Source: the human T2T-CHM13v2.0 reference genome, Homo sapiens. From it: a DNA stretch of 64,000 nt. Of this stretch, positions 26,358-38,900 are shown in pieces (position 1 is the stretch's first letter; each line of letters begins with the position of its first letter). Made by a program: the position numbers and the translations under genes. The stretch lies in the NCBI RefSeq assembly GCF_009914755.1, contig NC_060927.1; one strand, given 5' to 3'. The notes beneath the pieces are model-generated. The model made no database searches. It saw nothing but the letters and a program-made list of their open reading frames with translations, and was not told the origin of the DNA.

Positions 26358-27362
26358 ACAGCCACTTGGGCAGCAGTGGGAAGAGGGCTGAGAGAGGGTG
26401 TAGAAAGATCACAGAAGGTTAACTGTGAGGGAAGCAGGGCAGCAGAGACTAGAGATCCTGGTTAAAAGGCCCAGGGAGGCTATAGGACCCCTAGAAATAC
26501 CTAACCCCTGCTGGCTCGACGCCAACTGGACCTAAACCTTCCAGCCCTGGCAGCTTGTCTTCAGAGTGTTCTCTGCCTAAGTCCACTGCGAGGCTCACCC
26601 ATGTTCAGCTGTGGTGGGGACAGAGCACACAGGTGTTTAGTGCCACAGCAGAGGTTCAACATCTCAATTCAGTGCATGCCTGCTGAGCACTGTGCCACGT
26701 GGAGCCTCTGAGGCTTTGCCTCTCAGGCATTGGGGAATTCAGGCAGTGGCATAGGCATGGACACACATGGCACATTTAGGGACAGCAAGTGTTCGCTGAA
26801 TCAAGTGTGGCTGGCCACAGGGAGGGATGGTTGGGGTAAGAGTATTGGGAAGATGAGGCTGGTCAAGAAAATTGGGGGCAGTTTGTAAAGAGTCAAGTGT
26901 GGGGCTGAGGAGTTTAGACTTTATCCTGAGGGTAGTTGATGAAAGTTTTAATCAGGGAGGGACAAGTTCAGGGTGGCACACTCATTTTTTGAGATTTCTT
27001 CTTGTGTCAGCTACCCCATAAACCACTGATTCCTGGCTGTCCTGAGAACCTCTGGACTTTCACTCTGGCTTCCTAACCTCTTTTATGACCGGATCTTCCC
27101 AGGAGCCACTTATGCTAGCGGCTTTTGGTCATATCCTACCTTGTCAAATAGAGAACCTAGGCCCATTTCTTTTCCCATGGAGTTTTTGGGAGTCAGAAAG
27201 ACCTGAATTCTAATTCCAAGGCTACCAATTTCTGGCTGTGTAACTTCAATATATACATCCATATGTATATCCATATGTATACATCTATATATACACACAC
27301 ACACACATATATATATCCAATATATACATCCATATATATATAGTTTATATATATATATATAT

Positions 27363-28310
27363 AAACTTTTATTTTAGGTTCAGAGGTACACATGCAGGTT
27401 TGTTATATTGATAAACTGTGTCATGGGGGTTTGTTGTACAGATTATTTTGTCACCCAGGTACTAAGCCCAGCACTCAGTAGTTATTTTTGCTGATCCTCT
27501 CCCTCCTTCCACCATCCACTCTCAAGTAGGTCCCAGTGTCTGTTGTTCCTGTCTTTGTGTCCATGAGTTCTCATCATTTAGCTCCCACTTATAAGTGTGA
27601 ACATGTAGTATTTGACTTTCTGTTCCTGTGTTAGTTTGCTAAGGATAATGGCCCCCAGCTCCATTCATGTTCCTGCAAAAGACATGATCTCATTCGTTTT
27701 AATGACTGCATAGTATTCCATGATATATACATACCACATTTTCTTTATCCAGTCTGTCGTTGACGGACATTTAGGTTGATTCCATCTCTTTGCTATTGTG
27801 AATAATGCTGTAATGAACATTCACGTGCATGTGTCTTTATGGTAGAATGATTTCTATTCCTCTGCATATATACCCAGAAATGGAATTGCTGGGTTGAATG
27901 GTAGTTCTATTTTTAGCTCTTTGAGGAATTGCCACACTGCTTTCCATCAATGGTTGAACTAATTTACACTCCCACCAACAGTGTATAAATGTGTCCTTTT
28001 CTCCACCACCTCACCAGCATCTGTTATTTTTTGACTTTTTAATAATAGCCATTCTGATTCTACAGTGATGGTATCTCACTGTAGTTTTGATTTGCATTTC
28101 TTTAGTGAACAGTGACATTGAGCTTTTAAAAATATGCTTGTTGGCTGCATGCATGTCTTCTTTTGAAAAGTGTCTGTTCATGTCCTTTGCCCACTTTTTA
28201 ATGGGGTTGTTTGTTTTTTGCTAGTAAATCTGTTTAGGTTTCTCATAGATGCTGGATATTAGACCTTTGTCAGATGCATAGTTTGCAAATATTGTCTCCT
28301 ATTCTGTAGT
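27363..28310 (-). mobile_element. L1PA 3' portion with a (TA/CA)n tail at 27249-27362, inserted in a MIR
   Basis: aaacttttattttaggttcagaggtacacatgcagg...gatgctggatattagacctttgtcagatgcatagtttgcaaatatt. Confidence 0.93.
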
Positions 28311-31300
28311 CAACCAATATTTTTAATCCCTCTGAGTCTTTTTTTCTCATCTGTAAAAAATTCATGTCTTTGATGATTAAGTAAAATAATTCTTAGGCGT
28401 AGATCAAAGATTTTATCCTCCTCAACAGATACTAATTTCACTAATACTTTAAAAATACTCACAATGTGGGAGATACCAGGATCATTAACACACATTTTCT
28501 GTTTTCTGGCAGCCCAACACCTCATGGGAAGGTCTGGCTTGTAGTTTAACTGATGGTGTATAGTAGGTGCTCAGTTGCCTGTTTGGTCCTTTCTCTCTTC
28601 TTGATCACCCCTTTCCTCTCTGGCTCCCACATATGGTTCAAAACCTGAACACACACATTGGCCTGCTCCTCTTCTGGCTCACAAGAGAAATGAATTGGCT
28701 GGCAGGAGACCAGTATCCACCTGATGAAGCAATAAACCATGTGGCATGTAGATATTGGCTATAAATAGCTTCCCTTCATTATCTCCTCACTCAAAGCCCT
28801 TGCCTTTGAGTACCACGTCATCCCTTGGTGCTGACACACCCAAACCAAAGCCAGTCTCCCTAGCAACTGAACCACAGTCAGTGGTGGTCTGACCACACCC
28901 TCTCATGGTTGGCAACCATGCACAGTTCCTCATTTTATTTCTGCTGCAGGACAGGTTGGCTACTGGCTGATCTTTGGAACTAGAAACATCATTTTGCTCC
29001 TTAAATGATTAAAAAAGGCACACATGGGGCTTCTTTGTGTTAGTTCTTTTGTATCTCCATATCCTGTCCCTGCATGGATTATTTTGGTGCATGCTGCAGA
29101 CTTGTTTTTGGAACTTGAATCCTGAGCAAGTGAGAAGACTTACTGGATGCTGTTCAAGGCTCTGCATGACAAACCTTGCACAAATACAAGGTATGATTGC
29201 CACTGACAGGGAGGATCATGAGCTAGCTGGGATGTAGGGAAAGATCAGGTGGCAAAGGTGTTTCAGGTGCAGGTGTATCTTGCCCAGGGTGCCCACCTCA
29301 GCAAGTGATAACAAAGGCTAGAGTTACAGTGCTAGGCCCTGGACTTAGACTGGGGAGACAAGGACAGGATGATCACAACAGACATTCCTGTTTAAAAAGG
29401 GGAGGAAAAAGAGAGACATAATAGTCACTGGTCCATAGTAATTCTGAAATCTCACAATAAAGAAAAAGAGATGGGGAGAGAGAAAGTCTCATTTCTTTAA
29501 ACAGGAGGGTGGTGAATATGTATAGAAAAGGGGAAAAATGATTACATTTTATCTTCCTGAATCTTCTGGGCAGACCCAACTTGCCAGCTAAGGTGATGTC
29601 ATCGTTGTGGCATCACAACACTTCTAACAGTGTCCCAATCTGGCAGGAGCTGTCATTGAAAGCAATCACTGGGGTTTGGCAAAGTGAGGTAGGTGGGGGC
29701 TCTACCCTCAGCAGTGACCAGCAGGTTGAAAATGGTTTGACCCAGGCATTCCTAGGAAAACCGGTAAAATAAAATTAAATGTGCATGTTTTGGTTCTGTG
29801 TGGTACATGGATGTCAATAAAGTGATTATTTCATACCATATTTATCTGACATTGGCTGGTGCTTGTGGGTTGGTACAAGTGACTACTCCCAGGGAGAGCA
29901 GTAAAAAGGCATAAACAGCATTATGGAAAAGGGAGAAAGGACAAGAAGGCACACAGGAAAGGGGCCCACTGGGATATGGGGGATAGGGATAGGAATCTCT
30001 GATTCTCCATAAGAGCTCAAGGGGTGTATGTGTGTGTTTGTCTGTGTGTGTGTTTTGTGGGTGTCTGTATGCGTATGGGTCTCTGCAGGTATATGTGCCT
30101 GCGTGTGTGTGTGTGTGAAAGCATCAAGAAATAGCAAAAAGAGAAGTTCTGTTGTTGAAGGAGACATTCCAGAGTGAAGTCATGGATGAGGCCTGTGTGG
30201 GGAAGGTGGGAGGCAGGACATAGGGTCTAGGCAGGCTAAGGGAGCAATGCAAAGAGAAGGAAGTGAGGTGGGCCTGTGAGATAAAATAGGGGTTTTTTTT
30301 TTCCAAGAGAAAAAAGTAAGCCAGGGACAACTACAGTCTAATTTAGCCTTTCTGGGCTGGGGCACTTGTGTGGGAACCAGTAGGCAAGGATCTATGTGGT
30401 CCCCCAGGCTAGGCTGGGTGGACCCAAAGGAGTGCCTTGCTTCTATGTTCTTCCTACCTTGAATGGAGAGGTGATGCTTGCAGCTGCCGCAACCATATCT
30501 TGACCAAGAGACAATAAATCACCAGTCTAAGTGGAGCATAGGGAAAATAAAGTAGAAAGATATCTGAAAAATGCAACTTGGGGGCATCAATGAGCCCTGA
30601 ACTGCTACCTTAGATTACCACACCTCCGCCTTTTTTTGTGTTTCTCTGCTGACATCAAGAAATGACTACAGCAGCCCAGAATGGTGGGGGACACAGGAGA
30701 CATCTGGAGGATGTCCAGTTGGTGAAGAAAACCTGGGATCTCACACTAGGACCACAACGTACTATGGATTATTTTTATATGTTGCATAAATGTGGAAGGA
30801 TAATTTTTCAAAAATGTAAACTGATGTTTATATTTTTAGTTCCCTCATTTTTACCATCGTGTCTCTCCTGCCCCCCTACTTTTCAAGAAACTAGGAGGCA
30901 ATCCTGAGAAAATTGTTTCAGGAGAAAAAGTGACAGCCAGAAAGTGGAATGTAGCCTGAAAGTTTCTTCCTGAATTTGGGCCCTGAAACTGGAGTTCTCA
31001 GAAGAGGAAAAGGACCCTGGGCATAGACAGAATGCTTAGGAGACATACCACGAAGGAGAGTAGAGTGTTTGAGGAGAAGAGGCTTCTCCCAGGGTTGGGG
31101 AGGAGGAGAGCCAGACAGAAAGTATGAAAGCACAGGTTCTTGTGGCCCTAGAGAGAGAGATCCCAGTTGTAGCTTCTCAATCAATGGAGCATCAGGGAGG
31201 CAGCTGAAGCCAACACAGGCTGGTGAGATCTGAGAGTGGAGTTCTATGCTGTTTCCTCTGTGGAGTCCTGGGGAGGTGGGGCATGTGGCATGTGGAAACA

Positions 31301-31571
31301 ACCTGACAGAGAGATTCTGTTGTCCTTCCCATTCCATGTAGCATGGCATAGAAATAGGGAATAGAAACAGGTTTGGGGGTCTGAGGGAGTTATAGGACAG
31401 GAACAAGGAACAACTCAAAAAAACAACTTATACAGACTGGTGAATGGGGACGATGGGATGAGGACTTCTTATCTGATACCTAAGGGGACAGGTGACTTGC
31501 TGATCAGTTGTTCAGTCCCATCCTGCCCTTGCTATGCCTTGGACCTCTGGATGTTCTTAGGAATTTAAACT

Positions 31572-32060
31572 GTACTAGTTACAGTTTCCCTGAAAGCAGA
31601 GTCTGAGACAAGCATTCATGTGCAAGTAGTTTATTTGGGAGGAGTTCCCAGGAGGAGTTCCAAGGAGGAGTCAGGGAGTGGGATGAGGGACTGAGGGAAG
31701 GAGGATAAGTCAATAAAGGAGGCATTCATGAGGAAGTTATCACTGTGAGCAACTGGAGCTCAGTTTCTCTGGGAATCCTCTGAAGAATGAGCCTCAAAAA
31801 TTGTCCTCCCAGAGAATAAGGAGGCTAGGATACATTGTCACTGAGGCAGCAAAGCACAGATGCATGGCAGCATGTGCTTGACTTAGGTGCAAACAGCATG
31901 CCTGTCTTCCACAACTGGGCTGAAACCAGATGCTTGAGGGGCCTTGGTGTGGAGCATCCCAAGAGCCTATTGCACAACCCTGGGAAGGGCAGAGTCAAGC
32001 CATTGCCTGAGTTTAAGTTATCATCACCATGGTGGAATGAGCTTGGAAGATAAATTAAAT
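31572..32060 (-). mobile_element. LTR16-family ERVL LTR
   Basis: ttccctgaaagcagagtctgagacaagcattcatgtgcaagtagtttatttggga...cactgtgagcaactggagctcag. Confidence 0.6.
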
Positions 32061-33197
32061 GGGGTAAAAGAAAACTAAAGAAAGTTATATTTGTGACACA
32101 TCTGTGTTTCTAAATTGAGATTTTATGTTTGCTTTATAAAAAATATTAAGACTAATGTCAGTTCCATATAATGGGATGAATATACATTTTAGAGTCAGAC
32201 CAGCATTGGATTTGAATTCAGATTCTGTCACTTACTAGCTGGGTGACTGTGGGTTTATCATGTCACCTCTCTGATTTCTGATCCTGCATGTGTCAAACCA
32301 AGAAGTTTGCTGAGGGGTTAACAGTGACTCGTGAAAGTCCCAGTGATGAGTTCATATGCATCATTTTACTAAACCTTAGTTAGTTTCCTTTATATGGTAT
32401 AGGTCCACTCACTATTAAGAGAATATTGTCATTCAAAAAGTTCTTAGTAAAGCTATTTCTTCTGTTGTAAACAGATTTAAATGGGGGTGAACCCAGGTGA
32501 CATTGTCTTCAGGGCCCTGGAGCCTGGGACAGCTGTACCTGGCCACTCAGAGACTAGCATTTTGTTATTTTTCTCTCCAAGCATGACACATATTGCACAT
32601 GGGCTCATTTTCCTAAATCACCTTTGCAAATTAAGCATCTTACTTTGCTACTTGTTTTTGGGTTGGAAGCAGTATAGTAGAGAAATTCTCTTCCTTTCTC
32701 CTTTCCAACGTCCCCTACCACAAGTCACTAAAGTCTGAATGTTTTTCAGTTCATTGCTACAAGTGGTGAGAAAAGCATCAGTATTTGCAAATGCCAAATG
32801 ATACAGCTTCAATGGAGGATATACAAAGCAGTGAGGTAGCAGCGCTGCCTGGTGTGCAGTTGTCCTTGAAAACCAATGGACTCAGTGGAGACTCCTGCAG
32901 ACAAAATGTCTGCCCTCCTCAGAGGGCTAAACTGGAGCACATTGCAGTTCTCTGAGCTTGAAGGAAGGTATGGACTGTGGAGCACATGATGCTGCTCTAG
33001 ACTCCCTTTTTCTCCCGAGGTTCCCAGCAAAGTGGTCTTTGCTGCAGTGGGCAGCACCCACTTTGGGACCCCCAGATTGACATTTCAGTATCTGAGCACA
33101 CTTGGAATCCTCAATGGCCCCTCTTCACTCACATTGCAAGCCTCAGGCATGCTATGGAAAGTCCTCAAGGCTCAGGTCCTAAACCTGGCTAGGCATC

Positions 33198-35516
33198 TGA
33201 TATGGTTTGGCTCTGTGTCCCCACCCAAATCTCATCTGGAATTATAATCCCTATGTGCCTAGGGAGGACCTGCGGGGAGTTGATTGGATTATAGGCACAG
33301 TTTCCCCCCTGCTGTCCTCCTAATAGAGTTCTCATGAAATCTGGTTGTTTGATAAGTGTGTGGCTCCTCCCTAGCCTCCCCCTCTTTCTGCCTTGTGAAG
33401 TAGGTGCTTGCTTCTCCTTCACCTTCCACCATGATTATAAGTTTCCTGAGGCCTCCTCAGCCATACAAAACTGGATCAATTGAACCTCTTTTATTTATAA
33501 ATTATCAAGTATCTTTATAACAGTGTGAAAATGGACTAATACAGAGAATTGGTACCCGGGGCACTGCTATAAAGATACCTAAAAATGTGGAAGCAACTTT
33601 GGAACTGGGTAACAGGCAGAGGTAGGAACAGTTTGGAGGGCTCAGAAGAAGATAGGAAGATGTGGGAAAGTTTAGAACTTCCTAGAGACTTGTTGAATGG
33701 TTTTGACTGAATTGCTGATAGTGATATGGACAATGAAGTCCAGGCTGAGGTGGTCTCAGATGGAGATGAGGAACTTATTGGGAACTGAAGCAAAGGTGAC
33801 TCATGGTATGCTTTAGCAAAGAGAATGGTGGCATTTTGCCCCTGCTCTAGAGATCTGTTGAACTTTGAACTTGAGAGAGATGACTTAGGGCATCTGGCAT
33901 ATGAAATTCCTAGGTAGCAAGGCATTCAAGATGTGACCTGGCTTTTCCTGAAAGTGTACAGTTGTATGTGCTCACAAAGAGATGGTTTGAAATGGTAACT
34001 TACGTTTAAAAGGGAAGTAGAGCATAAAAGTTTGGAAAATTTGTAGCCTGACCTTGTGGTAGAAAAGAAAAACGCATTTTCTTGGGAGAAATTCAAGTCT
34101 GCTGCAGAAATTTGCATAAGTAACGAGAAGACAAATGTTAATAGCTGAGACAATGGGGAAAATGTCTTCAGAACATTTCAGAGATCTTCACAGCAGCCTC
34201 TCCTATCACAGGCCCAGAGGCCTAGGAGGGAAAAATGGTTTCTTGAGTTGGGCCCAGGGCTGCTCTGTGCAGCCTTGGGACATGGTGCCCTGCATCCTAG
34301 CTTCTCCAGCTCTAGTCATGACTTAAAGGGGCCTAGGTACAGCTTGGGCTGTGGCTTCAGAGGGTGCAAGCCCCAAGTCTTGGTGGCTTCCGTGTGGTGT
34401 TGGTCCTGCAGGTGCACAGAAGACAAGAGTTGAGCTTTGGGAGCCTCTGCCTAGATTTCAGAGGATGTATGGAAATGCCTGGATGTCCAAGAAGAAGTCT
34501 GCTGCAGGGGCAAAGTCTTCATGGAGATCTTCTACTAGGGCAATGCAAAGGGGAAATGTGGGGTTGGACCCTCCACACAGAGTCCCCACTGGGGTGCTGC
34601 CTAGTGGAGCTGTGAGAAGAGGGCCACCATCCTCCAGACCCCAGAATGGCAGATTCACTGACAGCTTGTACTGTGTGCCTGGAAAAGTGGCAGGCACTCA
34701 ACATCAGCCCATGAAAGCAATTGTGGGCACTGTACCCTGTAGAGCCACAGGGGTGGAGCTGTCCAAGGCCTTTGGAGCCCACCTCTTGTATCAGTGTGCC
34801 CTGAATGTGAGACATGAAGTCAAAGGAGATTAGTTTGGAGCTTTAAGATTTAATGACTGCCTGGCTAGGTTTTGGATTTGCATGGAACCTGTGGCTTCTT
34901 GTTTTGGCCAATTTCTCCCATTTGGAATGGAAACATTTATCCAATGCCTGTACCCCCATTGTATCTTGGAAGTAACTAACTTTGTTTTTGATTTTACAGG
35001 CTCATAGGCGAAAGGGACTTGCCTTGTCTCAGATGAGACTTTGGATTTGGACTTTTGAGTTAATGCTGGAATGAGTTAAAACTTTGGGGGACTATTGGGA
35101 AGACATGACTGGTTTTAAAATGTGAAAAGGACATGAAATTTTGGAGGGGCCGAGGGTGGAATGATATGGTTTGGCTCTGTGTCCCAACCCAAATCTCATC
35201 TCCAATTGTAATTTCCACATGTCAAGGGAGGAACATGGGGATAGGTGATTGGATCGTGGGGGCGATTTCCACTATGCTGTTCTTGTGATAGAGTTCTCAC
35301 GAGATTTCATTGTTTGGTAAGTGTGTGGCTCTTCCCTGTGCCCCACCTCCTGCTGCCTTGTGAAGAAGGTCCTTGCTTCTCCTTTGCATTCCACCGTGAT
35401 TGTAAGTTTCCTGAGGTCTCCCCAGCCATGCAGAACTGTGGATCAATTAAATCTCTTTTCTTTATAAGTTATCCAGTCTCAGGTGGTATCTTTATAGCAG
35501 TGTGAAAACACCTAAT
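33198..35516 (+). mobile_element. Two-LTR THE1D-like MaLR provirus (LTR 33198-33543, internal 33544-35161, LTR 35162-35516)
   Basis: Both LTRs start tgatatggtttggctctgtgtccc; ~1.6 kb typical THE1-int (gagaattggtacc..., ORF remnant PLPRFQRMYGNAWM); purine-rich tract before the 3' LTR. Confidence 0.95.
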
Positions 35517-35734
35517 TTCTTACTTATCTTCTTAGCCCAATTACCCTGGTCTGTTGTCCTCAGTTTTCATTCCACCTTGAGCTTGCCTCTCTGCTCAGTT
35601 CTCTGGTGAAATATCTATTTGGCTTTTAGAGTTTCTTTTCACCTTTAGATGCTTTTTCTTAGCTGGACTACCTAGGCTTTTTGTTTTGAGGGCAGAGTTT
35701 ATCTCACTCTGTCAATCACAATGTATACCAGCCA

Positions 35735-35961
35735 GTTTTAATGACAATGATACAGCATAAGAAACAGCACACATTGATTGTTTTTGCTTATTGCTCTGTG
35801 GGACGGTGAATGTGTCCCTGTTTCTGACTGTGGGTTGCTGGGGGCTCCTCCTTCTGATACTAGAGGCTCCTGGAAACATCTCCTTCTCATGTCAGATGGC
35901 AGAGGCTCAAGAAGCCAAGCCAGGCAAAGCAAGCACATTTAAAGTCCCTGCTCACTTCATA
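35735..35961 (-). mobile_element. MLT1 LTR, left part; continues at ~42809-42990 after the L1PB
   Basis: ggcagaggctcaagaagccaagccagg...aagcacatttaaagtccctgctcacttcat, resuming ...ccactgacattccactgggcaaagcaagtcaca. Confidence 0.65.
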
Positions 35962-38900
35962 GTCATACAAAGAAAACGACAGATAGGCAGATAGGAGGCA
36001 GGACTAACTTGCAGCTTCCACTTGGATTGACAGAGCAGCGTGTGGAGACTCACATCAAGAACTTTTGCTCCAAGAACTACTGCAGGAACATACAGGAAAG
36101 CCGGAGAATCCATAGACCCTTTGAAGAAAGCAGATTGCTGCTGCAGGCCCCAGGAGACAGCTGAAAAACTGTGAGTGCTCAAAGTGTGAAAGTGTGAAAG
36201 GGGGATCACCCGTCCCTGAGCACACACACTCAATGGGGTACCTGAAGGTCCAGATCATGGGATAAGGATTTGAACTTACCTGGAGCTGAGACAAATTTAG
36301 AAAGCTGAGTGAAATGTAGGGGTAGAAGAAGCAACAAGAAGATCCCTGTGGGCACTCTTGCTCCCCAGGAAAGCCATTTCTGACTTTATCTCACCGCGAT
36401 CCTTGGGGAAGGCTGCCAGAGGAACTGGGAAAAGACCACAAGGAGAAGAAAACTTCCAGCTGAACTTTGTAACAATTTCAATGCAACGCAAAGTTTTCTG
36501 GACAGAATCTCAGGGACATGGTGAACCAGGAGTGTAGACACAACATAGAAGCTGCAGCAGGAGTGGAAGTGTAAAACCTGAAAGCCCTGTTTGCTTTCTC
36601 AGCTGGGAGGCTGGTAGCCTAAGGCAAGTTCTCAGCCCTGATTATCTGCTGCCGGGAAATAAACTCAGTGCTGTTGGGGGGACGTGGTGGGAGTAAGACC
36701 AGCCTTTTGGGCTGTGTGGGAGCTGGGTGAGGCCTGTAACTGCTGTTCCCCCCCACTTCCCTGGCAACCTGCATGACACAGCAGAGGCAGCCATAATCCT
36801 CTGGGAATATAACTCCATTGGCCTGTGAACCACACCCCCATCTCCCACAGCAGCTGCAGCAAACCCCACCCAAGGAGTGTCTGAGTTCAGACATGCCTAA
36901 CCCTGCCCCCATCTGACAGACTTTTTCTACCTGCTCTGGTAGCCAAAGACAAGGGACATAATCTCTTGGGAGCTCTATGGCTCTGCCCACTGCCTGATCC
37001 TTCCTATACTACTGCAGCTCATGCTCTCCTGAAAGCACCACTTCCTAAATGGAGGCCAACCAACACAAAACTAGTGCAATAAACAAAACTACAATGAAGG
37101 ACCCTCACAGAGTCCACTTCACTCCCCTGTTACCTCCAATGGACCAGGTGCTGGTATCCACAGCTGAGAGACCTGAAGATGGTTCACATCACAGGACTCT
37201 GCACAGACACTCCCCAGTACCAGCCCAGAACCCTGTAGCTCCTCTGAATATCTAGATCCAGAAGAGAAATAACAATCACTGCAGTTCAGCTCTCAGGAAG
37301 CCACATCCCTAGGGGAAGAGGGAGAACACCTTATCAAGGGAAAACCTCATGGGACAAAAGAATCTTAACAGCAACCCTTGTGTACCAGATCTTCCCTCTG
37401 ACCTAGTCTACCTAAAAGAGACACTACCAGAAAAATTCTGGTAATATGACAAAACAAAGTTCTTTAACACCCCCAAAAGATTATACTAGCTCACCAGCAA
37501 TGGATCCAAACCAAGAAGAATTCTCTGAATTGCCAGAAAAATAATTCAGGAAGGTTAATTATATAGCTGATCAAGGAGGCACAAGAGAAAGGTGAAGTCC
37601 AACTTAATGAAATAAAAAAAGATACAAGATATGAAGGGAAAAATCTTCAGTGAAATAGCATAAATAAAAAACAATCACAGCTTCTGGAAATGAAAGACAC
37701 ACTTAGAGAAATGCCAAATACACTGGAAAGTCTCAGCAATAGAATAAAACAAGTAGAAGAAGGAACTTCAGAGCTTAAAGACAAGGCTTTTGAATTAACT
37801 CAATCCAACAAAGACAAAGAAAAAAAGGAATAAAAATAAAAGAACAAAGCCTCCAAGAAGTTTGGAATTATGTTAAATGACCAAACCTAAGAATAATGGT
37901 GTTCTTGAGGAAGAAGAAAAATCTAAAAGTTTGGAAAACATATTTGAGGGAATAATTGAGGAAGACTTCCCTGGCTTTGCTAGAGATCTAGACATCCAAA
38001 TACAAGAAGCTCAAAGAACATCTGGGAAACTTATTGCAAAAAGTTTATCACCTAGGCACGTAGTCATCACGCTTCTAAAGTGAAGACGAAGGAAAGAATC
38101 TTAAGAGCTGTGAGGCAAAAGCACCAGGTAACCTATAAAGGAAAATCTATCAGATTAACAGAAGATTTATCAGCAGAAACCCTACAAGCTAGAAGGGATT
38201 GGGGCCATATCTTTAGCCTCCTTAAACAAAATAATTATCAGTCGAGAATTTAGTTTCTAGTGAAACTAAGTTTCATAAATAAAGGGAAGATACAGTCTTT
38301 TTCAGACAAACAAATGCTGAGAGGGTTTGCCACTACCAAGCCAGCACTACAAGAACTACTAAAAGAGCCTCTAAATCTTGAAACTAATTCTCTAAATACA
38401 CCAAAATAAAACCTCCTTAAAGCATAAATCTCACAGGACCTGTAAAACAAAAACATAATTAAAAAAAAAACCCAAGGCATTCAGGCAACTAATAGCATGA
38501 TAAATGGGATAGTACCACACATCTCAATACTAACATTGAATGTAAGTGGCCTAAATGCTCCACTTAAAAGGTACAGAATGTCAGAATGGATAAGAATTCA
38601 CCAACCAAGTATCTGCTGTCTTCAAGAGACTCACCTAACACATAAGGACTCACATAAACTTAAGGTAAAGGAGTGGAAAAAGATATTCCATGCAAATAGA
38701 CACCAAAAGTGAGCAGGTGTAGTTATTTTTATATCGGACAAAACAAACTTTAAAGCAAGAGCAGTTAAAGAAGACAAAGAGGGACATTATATAATGATAA
38801 AAGGACTTGCCCAACAGGAAAATATCACAATCCTAAATATATATGTATTTAACACTGGAGCTCCCAAATTTATAAAACGATTACTACTAGGCCTAAGAAA

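Noticed and set aside
34351-34833. 160-aa ORF
   Set aside because: Standard degenerate THE1-internal ORF remnant
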